Origin: a virus | Taxonomy: Duplodnaviria > Caudoviricetes | Virus record (IMG/VR): IMGVR_UViG_3300020048_000002 | Direction: 5' to 3' (one strand) | Length of the DNA stretch: 64,000 nt | Part shown: piece after piece, positions 61,167 to 64,000 of the stretch | Layout of the letters: each line of letters starts with the position of its first letter | Position numbering within the stretch: the stretch's first letter is position 1 | Made by a program: the position numbers and the translations under genes | Notes under the pieces: model-generated | Databases searched by the model: none | The model's input: the letters and a program-made list of their open reading frames with translations, nothing else | What the model was told of the DNA's origin: nothing

Positions 61167-64000
61167 TCAGGTATCGGTCGCGTTGCCATACGCAACAACC
61201 TCGACCGTCTGGTCGGTGACGTCGTTGCCCTCGTTCGTCAAGATGGACTCGACGAACGCTTCAATGCTAGGGGTGACTGAGCCTCCGTTCTGGAGCTGAC
61301 CCAGGTACATCTGCGCCTTGTCACGGCGTTCCTGGTTGATCTCAAGCTCTTTCTCCAACTCTTTCTTCGTTTGAGCGTACCCAGGAACAGTCGGGTCTAG
61401 GCTAGCAAGTTGCTGCTGGGCGTTCGCGATTCGCGAATCGAGCTGCGAGATGTACCTCTCCAGTGCCGCGATGTAGGGCTTTGTCTTGAGATCTGTCTGA
61501 AAGTCCTCCCACGCTTGCTCCAGGCTGTTCGCGTTGGACTCGATCGCCCCAAGAATCGCGTCGGGATCCCCCAAGGAGTACCTCTGTGCCGCATTGTAGG
61601 GCGGCGAAAGCTGACCGTACGTGGGGGAAGAGGGCGGGCCAGAGAGTAGGCTCTCCCGGCTAACTTGGGGGGTGTTTTCACCTCGGATGGCCTTTTCCCA
61701 GACCTGATGAGGTTCGTCGAGCGCCTTGTAGAGGTTGTACAAGAAGGTGTCGACCGACTGAGCTACGTCCTCGATGGACTTGGATGGGAAGGCTTTGCTC
61801 GTCTCCACCGGCTTTGCGAAGTCGATCTCATTGGCGTCACCGATCAAGAAGTTGGTCGGAACGGCCGGTGTCCCCGCCGTGTTTGACTTGACTTTAGTAC
61901 CGGTAAACAAGAACGTGAGATCAGGTCGGCTCAGGATACAACCGCAAGGCTCACTACTTCCGTCTTGGTACTTCACGGTCATCTCGGCCAAGGTCAACGC
62001 CTTGCTGAGCTGTGTGGCCTCCACCGGCTGGAGCTTGTTCGTTTCCGTGGAGCCAAGTGCCTGGGAACTGATGAAAGGGGGCGTAGCGTTCGAGAACGTG
62101 GCCTCCTTCGTCTCAGGGTTGTACACCGCCCCTGTCTGCATGTCCTCGGGCAACATCGTTGCCAAGTTGGCAGCCGGATTAGGGTACGTGGTCGTTATGG
62201 TGGTGAGCCCCTGCGACTGAGCCATTAGCTGAGCCGACAAATCCCCGGACAAAGCCGTTTGGTATGCGACCGTAGCTGTCGATTGGGTCTCTCCTACGAG
62301 ACGACCATCCCGCAGAGCGACGTTCCTACCGTAACGGAAATGTCCGATGTGCTCAAACCCACGGGAATCGCTCACGGGTCGAATAAGACCGCTGTATTTG
62401 GCAGTAGCCTCGACCTTTTTACCAGCATTGTTCGTGAATATGCTCGACGGATCTTCGAGCTTGATTCGTGACGATGGAAGCAAAAGGACCTCATCCACGC
62501 AGTGGTCCACAGACTGACCTCCAGCGTCGTAGAGGTAGACAAACACACCCGCGCTGTTCAACCCGTACATGTAGCGGTTCTGCATGTACTTGATGCGCAG
62601 GGCATCGTCTTCGGTCACTTCTGTGTTGTACTTGACTTGATTGGCTATCTCCTTCGAACGTTTTTCGAGTTCCTTGTTGTCTTGTTTCGTGAGCTTCCTC
62701 TGCTTTCCCTGAGTGCCAGTCTGAGGATCGATCTCCGGATCGTTGTCCTTCGACACAGCAAAGGGTCTGGTGTACGCCATGACAACGTTCGGGAAGCCAC
62801 ACGACCTACCCGTTTTGGGATGCCGAAAGACCAGGGGGCGGTAGGGGCTTTCTGGGTCGCTGAGCTTTTGGTCTAGCTCCTTGCCGGGGTTTGGACCCTT
62901 CGTGGCCACGGGGATGGAAGCAGCCTCCCCAAGTTTGATCTTGAATAGACCGCCCTTCGCAAGTTGCCTGGAGCTGTACGCCAACCGCTTCTCGCCCGTG
63001 CCGTTCACGTCCAGTTCGAGTGGCTTGCTAACAGCCCCTTGCGTTTCTTGAACAGCCTTGGGGTCGAACCCGGTCAACTCTAGACGACCGATACCACGAG
63101 GAGCAAAGAACTTCGTCCTTCGAGCCGTAAGAGTGAGCGTAGTCTGAGCGGAGCCACCAAATTGGATTTGGTGGCTTATCCCGCTCACATACCACATCTG
63201 GTCTTTGGGTGCGACGTAGATAGGGAAACCGAGCCGCAACTCGGGTCGAAGAGGGATGGAGACCGTGCCTCGATGACGCCTTGAGTTAAGGCGATCCATG
63301 ATGTCCAGCCCATGGTAGAACATGAGCATCGGGTCCCCAAGGAACTCCGAGTTGACCTGGTGCGAACGCCACCCGTACTTGCGGAGCAAGTGGTAATCCG
63401 TCACGGACGTGAAGGGCTCGACGTCTGGAGGGAACCCGAAGTCCACGTTCCCGCCAAAACTTCCGGCCATTTGAACTTGTGTGACGACTTCAGCCTCGGA
63501 CTCGGAGAAAGACCAGTCGATGATGTCGATGTCTTGGATCCACGACACCGGCTTGTTCGGGAGCGTATCGAGGTTGTAGAAGGGAGGCTTGAAAACGAGG
63601 TCCCCCGTTACGTCCATGTAGAACTCGAACCCGATGGCCTCTTTGCAAAGGTTGGCGATCTCTAGCTTCGTCTGGAACTCAGACTGCCAGAAGTTCACTT
63701 GCCCTGCATTGTTGAACTGTGTCTTGAAGGCCGTGACGTTATCGGCTGTGGTGTCAAACACCATCTGACCGCCATACTTGCCGCCGTTAGCGTTGCGCAC
63801 AGTGCTTGCGGCAGACCAGCCTCGTTGTTTGGCACTCTTCGCTCGATTGTAATCCAACCCCTTTGTATCTCGTGCGCTCACATACTGTTCGTAGAGAGTG
63901 TCCCCACGCACAGCCACACCCTGCGTCCCATATAGGAGTAGGTTGCTGCGCATCCGAGAAAAGCGACTCTGCCAGTAAAGGGATAGGTCGGAGAGCGCCG
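61167..64000 (-). CDS. baseplate hub protein (gp27/gpD-like), 5' end beyond the window
   Basis: 'KLEIA....GFEFYMDVTGDLVFKPPFY', 'RPELRLGFP...YVSGISH'. The frame stays open to the window edge upstream of 63953. Confidence 0.75.
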   Translation of the reverse strand, partial: ALSDLSLYWQSRFSRMRSNLLLYGTQGVAVRGDTLYEQYVSARDTKGLDYNRAKSAKQRGWSAASTVRNANGGKYGGQMVFDTTADNVTAFKTQFNNAGQVNFWQSEFQTKLEIANLCKEAIGFEFYMDVTGDLVFKPPFYNLDTLPNKPVSWIQDIDIIDWSFSESEAEVVTQVQMAGSFGGNVDFGFPPDVEPFTSVTDYHLLRKYGWRSHQVNSEFLGDPMLMFYHGLDIMDRLNSRRHRGTVSIPLRPELRLGFPIYVAPKDQMWYVSGISHQIQFGGSAQTTLTLTARRTKFFAPRGIGRLELTGFDPKAVQETQGAVSKPLELDVNGTGEKRLAYSSRQLAKGGLFKIKLGEAASIPVATKGPNPGKELDQKLSDPESPYRPLVFRHPKTGRSCGFPNVVMAYTRPFAVSKDNDPEIDPQTGTQGKQRKLTKQDNKELEKRSKEIANQVKYNTEVTEDDALRIKYMQNRYMYGLNSAGVFVYLYDAGGQSVDHCVDEVLLLPSSRIKLEDPSSIFTNNAGKKVEATAKYSGLIRPVSDSRGFEHIGHFRYGRNVALRDGRLVGETQSTATVAYQTALSGDLSAQLMAQSQGLTTITTTYPNPAANLATMLPEDMQTGAVYNPETKEATFSNATPPFISSQALGSTETNKLQPVEATQLSKALTLAEMTVKYQDGSSEPCGCILSRPDLTFLFTGTKVKSNTAGTPAVPTNFLIGDANEIDFAKPVETSKAFPSKSIEDVAQSVDTFLYNLYKALDEPHQVWEKAIRGENTPQVSRESLLSGPPSSPTYGQLSPPYNAAQRYSLGDPDAILGAIESNANSLEQAWEDFQTDLKTKPYIAALERYISQLDSRIANAQQQLASLDPTVPGYAQTKKELEKELEINQERRDKAQMYLGQLQNGGSVTPSIEAFVESILTNEGNDVTDQTVEVVAYGNATDT

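Noticed and set aside
23910-64000. Bacterial eCIS/tailocin locus instead of a phage
   Set aside because: It is contiguous and co-oriented with a phage-type replication module and lysis-like genes, and no host housekeeping genes are present.

Overview
This window looks like part of a large (probably jumbo) tailed myophage genome of about 60% GC, with every convincing gene on the minus strand. In transcription order from the right edge it holds four blocks. (1) About 40 kb of contractile-tail and baseplate genes (64000-23900): hub, spike, gp25-like, baseplate J and I, several very large Ig/lectin-rich proteins and a repeat-containing fibre. (2) A probable lysis cassette, then a J-domain protein and a DUF4258-like putative RNase (23700-20300). 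(3) A roughly 550-nt non-coding unit (about 20256-19707) with its own sigma70-like promoter, a terminator and about nine GNRA-tetraloop hairpins. This is the best candidate for an undescribed large structured RNA. (4) A replication module (19657-1): SNF2 helicase, degenerate DnaC-like loader, DnaB with two inteins, a DNA methyltransferase hiding an out-of-frame HNH gene, a stand-alone primase zinc finger, PolA with two inteins, and a DUF2997-DUF1257-Ycf46 AAA+ triad. Two candidate phage promoter motifs and several RBS-occluding hairpins are also visible. All family calls come from motif recognition by eye; no searches were run.
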